Origin: Candidatus Saccharimonadales bacterium
GTDB lineage: Bacteria; Patescibacteriota; Saccharimonadia; Saccharimonadales; DASZAF01
Length of the DNA stretch: 64,000 nt
Assembly: GCA_035480055.1 (NCBI GenBank)
Contig: DATIIB010000003.1
Location: forward strand, 39,053 to 103,052
Direction: 5' to 3'
The position numbers were made by a program, and so were the translations under genes. The notes below the pieces were generated by a model that saw only the letters and a list, made by a program, of their open reading frames with translations, ran no database searches and was not told where the DNA came from. Positions 19,497 to 27,509 of this stretch are shown piece after piece; position 1 is the first letter of the stretch, and the number at the start of each line of letters is the position of its first letter.

Positions 19497-20783
19497 ATGA
19501 AGCATTCGGTAGAAGAGATCGTATTAGAAAATGGCATGCGAGGGTTGCTAATTGACGTTCCGGAAGCGACAGTCATGAACTTTCGGTTTAACTTGCGAGC
19601 TGGTGATTACTTTGCCCCGCCAGAGCAAGTTGAAGCCGCGCACCTGATGGAACATATGGTGTTGGGCGCCAACGAACGATTCCGCACAGCGCGCAAATTT
19701 AATGCCGAATTCCAAAAAAACGGCGCCTATAATAATGCGATCACCAGTTATGTCTCCATGGACTACGTTGCCGAATGCGCCGACTTTGAGTGGGAGCGAG
19801 TGCTGGATTTGCTATTGTTGGCAATGAGCAAGCCATACTTTACCCAGGAAGAATTTGAAGCTGAATTTGGCAATGTTAAAGAAGAACTCATTGGCTACCT
19901 TAACAGTCATAACCGCATTTTGCATGACGAACTCGCGCAACAGTTTGATGCCAGTGGCCGCTATAAAACCGATAGCCAACATTTGGAAACTCTCAAAGAA
20001 GTTGATATCAGTGCAGTCAAGGCGCATTACAAAAAGACGCATCTTTCGGATAACATCCGATTTGTGATTGCCGGCCGGATTCACGGCCGCAAACGGCGGA
20101 TCGAGCAATTGCTCGGCGAAGCAGATTTTGGACGCGGCGAACGTTTTGCCTATCCAACAGCGTCGGTTAAGGGGCTTGACCGACCGTTTTATATTGATCG
20201 ACAGGAGTTTACTAACATGTTGTTTGGGTTGCGCACCTTTAAACTCCGCCGTCTGAGCGATGATGAGCAAGATGCGCTGAGTATGGTTGATACCATGCTC
20301 ACCGACACGCTGCACTCTCTGATTTTGGGCGAAGCCCGCGAAAAAGGTTTGGTCTATGGCATTTGGTCGGCATTTGATGCTGGTAGCAACACGACCTCCT
20401 GGGACTTTGGGGCACAGGTGAGTCAGGAAAATATCGAAGCCCTGTTTGATATTGTGATCAAACAAATCCAACGTATTCAACGCGGCGATATCGACCGCGA
20501 TGACATTGAAATGGCTAAGCAATATCGGCTTGGTGCGTTCCAGATGGGCTCACAAACGGTGGGCAGCTTTGTACGACGGTACGGCGGCCGGTACTTCTTT
20601 GATGGGACGATTGACGATTATAGTACTATTCCGGAACGCATTAAATCGGTTAATAAAACCCGAATGGTGGATGCAGTGCGAACCATGTTTGAGGACAATG
20701 TCTGGGGACTTGGAGTGCTGAGCAAGGACCAGGCGGAATACTCAGAGACGTTACGTAAAAAGCTTGAGGCATTATGGGGCTAA
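19497..20783 (+). CDS. M16 family zinc peptidase (pitrilysin-like)
   Basis: Inverted zinc motif HLMEH near the N-terminus; two-domain length of about 430 aa. Confidence 0.75.
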   Translation: MKHSVEEIVLENGMRGLLIDVPEATVMNFRFNLRAGDYFAPPEQVEAAHLMEHMVLGANERFRTARKFNAEFQKNGAYNNAITSYVSMDYVAECADFEWERVLDLLLLAMSKPYFTQEEFEAEFGNVKEELIGYLNSHNRILHDELAQQFDASGRYKTDSQHLETLKEVDISAVKAHYKKTHLSDNIRFVIAGRIHGRKRRIEQLLGEADFGRGERFAYPTASVKGLDRPFYIDRQEFTNMLFGLRTFKLRRLSDDEQDALSMVDTMLTDTLHSLILGEAREKGLVYGIWSAFDAGSNTTSWDFGAQVSQENIEALFDIVIKQIQRIQRGDIDRDDIEMAKQYRLGAFQMGSQTVGSFVRRYGGRYFFDGTIDDYSTIPERIKSVNKTRMVDAVRTMFEDNVWGLGVLSKDQAEYSETLRKKLEALWG

Positions 20784-22072
20784 AACTGGCAATCTTGGGG
20801 TTTGGGGACGAAGGCCAATCGGCGTATCGGTACTTTAAAGCGCAAGGTGCAGAGATAACTGTATTTGACGAAGCCGCCAAGCCAAAATATACCGTGCCCA
20901 GCGATGTGAAGCTGGTCACTGGTGCCGATGCCTTTGAAAACCTGATGGGTTTTGATAAGGTGTTGCGCGGCAGTCCGGCGATTCGCCCAGACCGATTCGA
21001 AACAGATGGCGAACGGACTTCGATAACCAAAGAGTTTTTTCGACTCTGTCCTACTAAAAAGATTATTGGCGTTACAGCCACCAAAGGAAAGGGGACGATT
21101 ACCACTCTTGTCCGCGATATCTTGCAAGCTGCGGGGCTACAGGCGCATCTCGCTGGTAATGTTGGCGTGCCAGCGCTGGATATTCTGGATGAGATTGGTC
21201 AGGAAGATGTAGCGGTGCTGGAACTTTCTAGTTTTCAACTGTGGGACATGGAAGAAAGTCCGCACATCGCGGTCGTGGGGATGATCGAGCCTGAGCATTT
21301 AGAGGTACATAAAGATTTTGCCGAGTACGTGGGCGCCAAGGCGAACATTGCCAAATTCCAAACCGCTGAAGATATGGTTATATATCACCCTACCAATACG
21401 CACAGTGCGGCAATCGCGGCGCAGTCTGCAGGTCAAAAAATACGCTACAATTCTCCCGAAGGGGCAATGGTGCAAGGTGATGCGATTGTGATTGATGGCC
21501 AAAGGATTGTCGCAACATCGGAGGTAGGTATCCCGGGCGCACACAATTTGGATAACATTTGTGCGGCAATTACCGCCGCCTGGCAATATACTCAGGATGT
21601 TGCCGCAATTGCCACAGCGGTGCGTGCTTTTAAAGGGCTCGAGCATCGTTTGCAATTTGTGCGCGAGGTAGGGGAAGTGAGCTATTATAACGACAGTATT
21701 TCCACAACCGTTGGTTCGGTGATCGCGGCCATCCAAGCTTTTGAGCCTGCTCACGAGATTTTGATTATCGGCGGAAGTTATAGCAAGGGCGTTGATTTTG
21801 CTGCTTTAGCTGACTGCATTGCCGAAAAGAAACCCAAGCAAGTCCTCTTTGTGGGGCCAATCGGTGAAGAAATCGCCGCGCTTGCGACCGCTCGGGGCTA
21901 TCACGGCGAGGTCTACAACAAGTGGCAGATGGCCGAGATTGTGAAGCGGGCTGCCGAGTTGGCTAAACCTGGCGATAAAGTAATTCTTTCTCCAGCGACC
22001 GCGAGCTTTGGTGACTTTGCCAATTACAAAGATCGCGGCAACCAGTTTAAAGCTGCGGTAGAAAAGCTGTAA
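20774..22072 (+). CDS. murD: UDP-N-acetylmuramoylalanine--D-glutamate ligase
   Basis: Mur ligase P-loop GVTATKGKGT, an N-terminal Rossmann-like domain and a C-terminal Mur ligase domain. Located outside the dcw cluster. Confidence 0.8.
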   Translation: MGLKLAILGFGDEGQSAYRYFKAQGAEITVFDEAAKPKYTVPSDVKLVTGADAFENLMGFDKVLRGSPAIRPDRFETDGERTSITKEFFRLCPTKKIIGVTATKGKGTITTLVRDILQAAGLQAHLAGNVGVPALDILDEIGQEDVAVLELSSFQLWDMEESPHIAVVGMIEPEHLEVHKDFAEYVGAKANIAKFQTAEDMVIYHPTNTHSAAIAAQSAGQKIRYNSPEGAMVQGDAIVIDGQRIVATSEVGIPGAHNLDNICAAITAAWQYTQDVAAIATAVRAFKGLEHRLQFVREVGEVSYYNDSISTTVGSVIAAIQAFEPAHEILIIGGSYSKGVDFAALADCIAEKKPKQVLFVGPIGEEIAALATARGYHGEVYNKWQMAEIVKRAAELAKPGDKVILSPATASFGDFANYKDRGNQFKAAVEKL

Positions 22073-22075
22073 GAT
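22070..22075 (+). promoter_or_regulatory. -10-like TAAGAT, 6 nt from the prfB ATG
   Basis: TAAGAT at 22070-75; ATG at 22082. Confidence 0.35.
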
Positions 22076-22081
22076 ACAGTC

Positions 22082-23155
22082 ATGGGACCACTTTCGCAGC
22101 GTATTCAAGAACTAGCCGCCAAAGTTGCTCAAGGCGTGCAGCAGGCTAAGGTGAGTGATCTTGAAGCGCAAGCGATCGAGCTTACCAACCAGATTGCCGC
22201 GCCTGATTTTTGGCAAGATAACCAGCATGCTCAAGAAGTCACCAAGCAGCACGCTAAACTTGTGGCGCATATTGAGCCTTGGCGAACGTTGGAACATGGT
22301 CTCAATGACTTACGCGAGCTAGCCGAGATGAACGACACCGAGATGCTCAAAGAAATGGCTATCCAATTGGACGAGCTTGAAAAGACTTATGCCCAGCTGG
22401 AGTTTAGTTTGCGCTTCTCTGGCCCATACGACGCGCATGATGCTATTCTGCGTTTGTATGCAGGCGCTGGCGGCACCGACGCCCAAGATTGGACCGAGAT
22501 GTTGCAGCGTATGTATCTGCGTTGGGCTGAAGCTCACGATATGAAAGCTGAGGTGATCGACCAATCTGCTGGCGAAGAGGCTGGACTCAAAAGCGCCACC
22601 ATTATGATTAGCGGACCGCATGCCTATGGCAAGTTAAAAGGTGAGCACGGCGTGCACCGTTTAGTGCGCCTTAGTCCATTCAACGCTGACCATTTGCGGC
22701 AAACTTCCTTTGCGATGGTCGAGGTCTTGCCGCAAATTGACGAGCCTAAAGATGTTGAGCTAAGCCCTGATGATCTCCGCATTGATGTCTACCGTTCTGG
22801 TGGTAATGGTGGACAGAGTGTAAATACTACTGATTCTGCCGTACGGATTACGCATGTGCCGACAGGCATTGTTGTCGCGATTCAAAATGAACGTTCACAG
22901 CTCCAAAATCGCGAAACCGCCATGAAAGTGTTACGTTCCAAGTTGGCACAATTACAGGTTGAACAGCACAAAGAGCGTATCGATGATCTTAAAGGGCCGA
23001 ATCAATCTGCCGAGTGGGGAAACCAAATCCGCAACTATGTGCTGCATCCGTACACACTAGTTAAAGACACGCGCACCAAGCACGAAGAACACGACGCCCA
23101 AGCGGTGCTGGATGGGGCGATCGATCCGTTTATTAGTGCGTATTTGCAGAAGTAG
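22082..23155 (+). CDS. prfB: Peptide chain release factor 2 (single uninterrupted frame)
   Basis: SPF tripeptide (RLSPFNA) and GGQ (GGNGGQSVN). I saw no internal in-frame UGA frameshift site. Confidence 0.9.
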   Translation: MGPLSQRIQELAAKVAQGVQQAKVSDLEAQAIELTNQIAAPDFWQDNQHAQEVTKQHAKLVAHIEPWRTLEHGLNDLRELAEMNDTEMLKEMAIQLDELEKTYAQLEFSLRFSGPYDAHDAILRLYAGAGGTDAQDWTEMLQRMYLRWAEAHDMKAEVIDQSAGEEAGLKSATIMISGPHAYGKLKGEHGVHRLVRLSPFNADHLRQTSFAMVEVLPQIDEPKDVELSPDDLRIDVYRSGGNGGQSVNTTDSAVRITHVPTGIVVAIQNERSQLQNRETAMKVLRSKLAQLQVEQHKERIDDLKGPNQSAEWGNQIRNYVLHPYTLVKDTRTKHEEHDAQAVLDGAIDPFISAYLQK

Positions 23156-23187
23156 TACAATCTTATTTGAGCCGCCCATTCCTCTTA

Positions 23188-23196
23188 TGGTACAAT
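23188..23196 (+). promoter_or_regulatory. Extended -10 (TGGTACAAT), 7 nt from the ftsE GTG
   Basis: Hexamer at 23191-96; GTG at 23204. Confidence 0.45.
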
Positions 23197-23203
23197 TCTT
23201 GAT

Positions 23204-23887
23204 GTGATCCTACTTGACCGCGTGACCAAAATTTATGGCAAAGAGACGACTGCGCTAAACCGTGTAAGCCTTCATATCGAACCTCGAGAGTTCGTAATTA
23301 TTGTGGGCACTAGCGGGGCAGGCAAGTCGACGCTCTTAAAGTTGCTGACTCGCGAAGAGCGACCTACCAGTGGCAAAATTGTGGTTGGCGGTATTGATTA
23401 TGAAACACTTAAGAACCGCGATATTCCTTTGCTGCGACGCAAAATCGGTACAGTCTTCCAAGATTTTAAACTGCTACAGAACCGTACAGTGTTTGAAAAC
23501 GTGGCTTTTGCCCTGGAGATTGTGGGCATGAGCAACCGAGAGATTCGCCATACTGTGCCAAAAGTGATCGAGATTGTTGGGCTGACTGGCAAAGAAAAAA
23601 ACTTCCCAAGCGAACTTTCAGGCGGTGAGCGTCAGCGCGTGGCAATCGCCCGGGCGATTGTCCGCCAGCCGAAGATCTTGATCGCCGACGAGCCAACCGG
23701 CAACTTAGATCCCAAGCACAGCTGGGACATTGTGCGCATTTTGGAAAAGATTAACAAATACGGTACCACAGTGATTTTGACCACCCACAACCAAGACATT
23801 GTGAACAAATTGAAGCGTCGCGTGATTACCATTAACCATGGCAAGGTGGTCAAAGATCAGGCCAGGGGAGTGTATACGCAGTCATGA
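23204..23887 (+). CDS. ftsE: Cell division ATP-binding protein FtsE
   Basis: Walker A GTSGAGKST, LSGGERQR, ILIADEPTGNLD. GTG start. ATGA overlap with ftsX. Confidence 0.85.
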   Translation: MILLDRVTKIYGKETTALNRVSLHIEPREFVIIVGTSGAGKSTLLKLLTREERPTSGKIVVGGIDYETLKNRDIPLLRRKIGTVFQDFKLLQNRTVFENVAFALEIVGMSNREIRHTVPKVIEIVGLTGKEKNFPSELSGGERQRVAIARAIVRQPKILIADEPTGNLDPKHSWDIVRILEKINKYGTTVILTTHNQDIVNKLKRRVITINHGKVVKDQARGVYTQS

Positions 23888-24846
23888 GACGTTTCTTTAT
23901 TGTTTTCCGGCGGCAGTGCAAGACCGGACTAATTAACTTCATTCGTAACTCGTGGTTGTCCACGGCAGCTACGGCTATTATGGTGGTGACGCTGTCGATT
24001 ATCCTTTCCACGCTCATCGCCAACATGACCTTCACGCGAATGGTGAAGACCATCACGGATAAAATTGACGTGTCGGTGTATTTGGTAGATGACATTAGCC
24101 CTAAAGACCAAGCGCGCTTTCGGAACGAGCTGAAAGCTCAGCCCAATGTAAAGGATGTGACATACATCAGCAAAGCCCAGGCCCTTGATATTTACCGGGC
24201 GCAAAACCAGGATAATTTGGAGTTGCAGAATGCCATTTCGCAAAGCGACAACTACTTGCCGTCTTCGTTCCAGATCAAAACCAAGGATCCTAACAAGATT
24301 GAAGACATTGCACGAGTCATCAACGAACCCACCAATTTGAAGCTGCAATCAGACAAGCCATCGTATTCAGGTGACCGTAAGCAGGCGATTGATCGGATTG
24401 TCTCGATTGCTCGCTTTTTCCGCATCGCCGGAGTTGCCGCCAGTGTCGGCTTTGCAGTTATTTCGATTTTGATTATTTTTAACACTATCCGCATGGCCAT
24501 TTTTAACCGCCGCGACGAAATCGAAATTATGAAATTGATTGGGGCAACGCGTGGGTATATCCGTGGGCCATTTCTTATTGAAGCTTCGCTGTATGGCATA
24601 ATTGCGGGCAGCGTAACGCTCGCGGTAAGTTACACGTTGCTCCTGGGCCAGGCTGACAATATTGCTTCGTACATTCCAGAAGTACTCTACACTCGCGACT
24701 TTATGAAAGAACATGTGCTACTCATTAGTGCCGCCACAGTGCTGCTGGGTATGCTGATCGGTGTCCTCTCGTCGTTGCTTGCAACCAAGCGATACCTGCG
24801 AGTTTATACCGCCAAGCATCGCTTCCGTTTGCGCCGCAAAAGCTGA
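23884..24846 (+). CDS. ftsX: Cell division permease-like protein FtsX
   Basis: 4-TM FtsX topology with a large first extracytoplasmic loop; follows ftsE. Confidence 0.85.
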   Translation: MRRFFIVFRRQCKTGLINFIRNSWLSTAATAIMVVTLSIILSTLIANMTFTRMVKTITDKIDVSVYLVDDISPKDQARFRNELKAQPNVKDVTYISKAQALDIYRAQNQDNLELQNAISQSDNYLPSSFQIKTKDPNKIEDIARVINEPTNLKLQSDKPSYSGDRKQAIDRIVSIARFFRIAGVAASVGFAVISILIIFNTIRMAIFNRRDEIEIMKLIGATRGYIRGPFLIEASLYGIIAGSVTLAVSYTLLLGQADNIASYIPEVLYTRDFMKEHVLLISAATVLLGMLIGVLSSLLATKRYLRVYTAKHRFRLRRKS

Positions 24847-24854
24847 AGCTCATA

Positions 24855-24883
24855 TTGACAAACCAGACATTTCGATTAATAAT
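24855..24883 (+). promoter_or_regulatory. Promoter-like TTGACA-17 nt-AATAAT upstream of the PcsB-like gene
   Basis: Perfect -35 hexamer. The predicted TSS falls at about the GTG 24889/ATG 24895 start. Confidence 0.5.
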
Positions 24884-24888
24884 TTATA

Positions 24889-26100
24889 GTGTTTATGGTT
24901 CATAAAACAGACATATTCCACGCTAAAATTCGAGCTTCCCTCAAGAGAGTAGCAGGGTATAGTGCCTTGGTTATTGCCGCATTAGCAATGATGTGTAGCT
25001 CGACGTTGCCGGTCTACGCCGATCAATACGATGATCAGATTAATGCGCTCAAGCAACAGCAGGCGCAGAGTCAAGCACAGGCCAACCAGCTTGGTGCCCA
25101 AGCAAATGATTTGCAAGGGCAGATTAATGTTCTTGAAAACCAGATTGCTTCGGTCCGCGCTCAGATCGCCGCAAACCAGCAGCGCTATAACGATTTATCA
25201 GGCCAGATTGACGTGGCCAAAAAGGAACTCGCTCATCAGCGCGAAGTCCTTGGTAAAAACATTAAGGCGATGTACATTGAAGGAAAAGTTTCGACCGTTG
25301 AGATGCTTGCCTCGAGTAAAAATATCAGCGAATATCTTGATAAACAGCAGTACCGAAACACCGTAAAAGATAAAATATCAGACACGATTGTTTCTATTAA
25401 AGATCTCGAGAAACAACTCGCCGATCAGCAAGCAGAAGTGGTCAAGCTGCTCGATACGCAAAAGACTTTGCAGGCCGATCTTGCTGCCAAGCAGTCGGAG
25501 GCTGACCAAAAGCTGGCGCAAACTAATCAGGCCAAGTCGCAATTCGACACGCAAGTGGCTGATTTGGCAGCACAAATCGGACAGCTCAAGAGCGCCCAGG
25601 CACAAATGTATGCCAACCTGTCGGCCGGCGGGAGCTCAATCGCTAGCAAAGGTGCGTATGGTTCATTGCAATGGCGCAACAAAACAGCGGGTGTCAACTG
25701 TGGTGGCGGGTATGACTCGCAGCTTTGTAGCGCGTATCCTGATTCGATCATTGATTCCTGGCAGCTCTATAACCGAGAATGTGTCTCGTATGCAGCGTGG
25801 GCTATGCAGTATCGCTTTGGCCACCATGTCTCTGGCTTCCATGGAGCAGGCAACGCCTACCAGTGGCCAGGCACGGTTCCTGCGAATGGCGATGGCTACA
25901 CCGATGAGACCCCAGCTTCTGGCTCAGTCGTCATTATTCCACCTTCGATTATCGGTGGTGTAGGTCACGCAGCAGTTGTGGAGCAGGTGTATGGCGATGG
26001 TTGGATTCGAGTAAGCCAATATAACTTCGACCCGTATGCATATAGCACCATGGACCTCAAGGTTGTCTCTGGGCTGGCGTTCGTGCACTTTACGCATTAG
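24889..26100 (+). CDS. Secreted coiled-coil + CHAP-domain peptidoglycan hydrolase (PcsB-like)
   Basis: Signal peptide (…LPVYA/DQ) followed by ~220 aa of Q/A/L-rich coiled coil. The C-terminal CHAP domain has a catalytic Cys (NRECVSYAAW) and His (GHAAVVE). Alternative ATG start at 24895. Confidence 0.8.
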   Translation: MFMVHKTDIFHAKIRASLKRVAGYSALVIAALAMMCSSTLPVYADQYDDQINALKQQQAQSQAQANQLGAQANDLQGQINVLENQIASVRAQIAANQQRYNDLSGQIDVAKKELAHQREVLGKNIKAMYIEGKVSTVEMLASSKNISEYLDKQQYRNTVKDKISDTIVSIKDLEKQLADQQAEVVKLLDTQKTLQADLAAKQSEADQKLAQTNQAKSQFDTQVADLAAQIGQLKSAQAQMYANLSAGGSSIASKGAYGSLQWRNKTAGVNCGGGYDSQLCSAYPDSIIDSWQLYNRECVSYAAWAMQYRFGHHVSGFHGAGNAYQWPGTVPANGDGYTDETPASGSVVIIPPSIIGGVGHAAVVEQVYGDGWIRVSQYNFDPYAYSTMDLKVVSGLAFVHFTH

Positions 26101-26428
26101 GAACTCCTGGGTTCGCCCTTCAATCCTCCTACGATCCTCCCTTCAGCCCACTCCACAACTCCCACCCGCGGACTGTCCTCCTTGTTGGTAGCAGCGATAT
26201 ATCTGTTGTTTGGAAATGGATAGTCTTAGTATTTTATGTCCGCTCTTCGAGCGGCACATCTAGCCACCACTAATTCTCAAGTTCAAGAATGAACGGGTGA
26301 CACCTGACGGGGCTGCCCCAAAATTGTTTTATGTATTCATAAAAAATTTAGGGGCGGATCAGGTGGCAGGACCCGTGGAGTATGCTGAAGGGTGGAGCGT
26401 GGGAGAGGAGGGGCGGATCAGGGGAGGT
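26101..26428. other. 328-nt structured non-coding region filling the convergent gap between the CHAP hydrolase and femX-like genes; candidate ncRNA or MITE-like element
   Basis: The pyrimidine-rich left arm (26133-26156) is 20/24 complementary to the purine-rich right arm (26375-26398). Contains the core hairpin, a small CCGCTC-TTC-GAGCGG hairpin and two copies of GGGGCGGATCAGG (26351-63, 26410-22). Confidence 0.6.
26291..26380 (+). repeat. Copy 1 of a ~90-nt long-hairpin repeat element
   Basis: 83/90 identical to the reverse complement of 57885-57974. Folds into a ~35-bp imperfect hairpin with an AT-rich apex (GTTTTATG-TATT-CATAAAA). Confidence 0.85.
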
Positions 26429-27427
26429 TTAATGCCGCAATCTAGTTTTAAGAGCTTGCGCCCATTTCCAAGGATGATACAGCGGCTGGAGTGGAATATC
26501 ATACGCGGGTACATACTCGATCACCTCGCCGCCAAAACGCAGCTTAAACTGCGTTACCCCTTGCAGGCCGGGGTAATTTTTGCTGCCAATTCCCAAAAAG
26601 TCGTAGCTCCGTACACCTTCGTCTTTGAGCTGACGCATTATTTCAACGTGAAGAAGATAAGGCGCACTGACTTTCCGAGCTGCCTCATTGCTTGCGCCGT
26701 AGTAATAAATAGCTTGATTATTGAAGACGGTGTCGATGGCCCAGGCGATAGGTGATGCGCCTTCAAAGGCGACAAAAAAGCGCACCGTTCCGTCCAAGGA
26801 TTTGAGCATTGATTGATAGGTGCTGGCCGGGTGGACGTAGAATCCATCGCGCGAGGCAGTCTCGCTGAGAATGGCGTAGTAAGGTGCAAAATCAGCTGCT
26901 GCTTCAAGAGCTGGCACTTCGCGTATGGTAATTCCTGATTTGGCAGCTTTACGCATTCCGCGGCGTGCTCCATAGTCCATTCGCTCCAGGATTGTCTCGA
27001 AGTCGGGCGTCAAATCCACCACGGTTGTTTTTTCGATAAGTGACTTAGAATATGCCGGAAGCCCTTTGGCAGGCGGTTTGGGAAAATGCGCCCGGATGAA
27101 TAATGGCCGCGCAGTGCTTGCTTCCGCAACAACATCACGCAGCGTTTTCGCCACGTCATCGACAATAGCTTGGGTTGGTTCGACCAGCCAGGTGGGACCT
27201 TGATTAAGCCAAATGTAGCTATATCCGCGCATTGTTAATTCAACAGCATTCAAGAGTGCAACTTCTTGTTCGTTTTGACGGATCAAAAAAGTACCAAGAG
27301 ACCGTCGCCCAGGAATCGTGGATTGAAACTCTCCCCAGAGAGGGGATTGCTCAATTGGAAAGCGCGTCTCGGGGTGAGAGTGAATAAGTTTGGTGTACAG
27401 CTCTGCACTAATTTTTTCAGCTCGCAT
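26429..27427 (-). CDS. FemABX-family peptidoglycan-bridge aminoacyltransferase (FemX-like)
   Basis: 332 aa. The C-terminal pattern YYYGASNEAARKVSAPYLLHVEIMRQLKDEGVRSYDFLGIG is typical of the FemAB/lipid II aminoacyltransferase family. An AAGGA SD lies upstream of ATG 27427. Confidence 0.75.
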   Translation of the reverse strand: MRAEKISAELYTKLIHSHPETRFPIEQSPLWGEFQSTIPGRRSLGTFLIRQNEQEVALLNAVELTMRGYSYIWLNQGPTWLVEPTQAIVDDVAKTLRDVVAEASTARPLFIRAHFPKPPAKGLPAYSKSLIEKTTVVDLTPDFETILERMDYGARRGMRKAAKSGITIREVPALEAAADFAPYYAILSETASRDGFYVHPASTYQSMLKSLDGTVRFFVAFEGASPIAWAIDTVFNNQAIYYYGASNEAARKVSAPYLLHVEIMRQLKDEGVRSYDFLGIGSKNYPGLQGVTQFKLRFGGEVIEYVPAYDIPLQPLYHPWKWAQALKTRLRH

Positions 27428-27463
27428 ACAGATTATCCTTACGGCTATCTTTTTGGGTATCAG

Positions 27464-27478
27464 CATGATAATATCATG
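27464..27478. promoter_or_regulatory. Perfect 7-1-7 palindrome CATGATA-A-TATCATG in the femX-like/ctpA divergent promoter region
   Basis: Reads as an extended -10-like TGATAATAT on the + strand and TGATATTAT on the - strand. Possible shared operator or overlapping divergent promoters. Confidence 0.4.
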
Positions 27479-27509
27479 AAAGTAACGACAATCTCTAGAA
27501 GGTGAGTAC

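Noticed and set aside
22082-23155. Search for the programmed +1 frameshift site (CTT TGA C with an upstream SD-like element) typical of prfB
   Set aside because: RF2 is encoded in one uninterrupted frame from ATG 22082. Many bacteria lack the frameshift, so this is not remarkable.
26297-26755. 152-aa + strand ORF whose N-terminus spans the repeat element, with an internal ATG at 26432 preceded by a GGAGG SD-like motif
   Set aside because: Most of it is antisense to the clearly coding FemX-like gene. The shared peptide PDGAAPKLFYVFIKNLGADQ simply reflects translation of the non-coding repeat, and the 57864-58064 ORF is the same artefact on the other strand.
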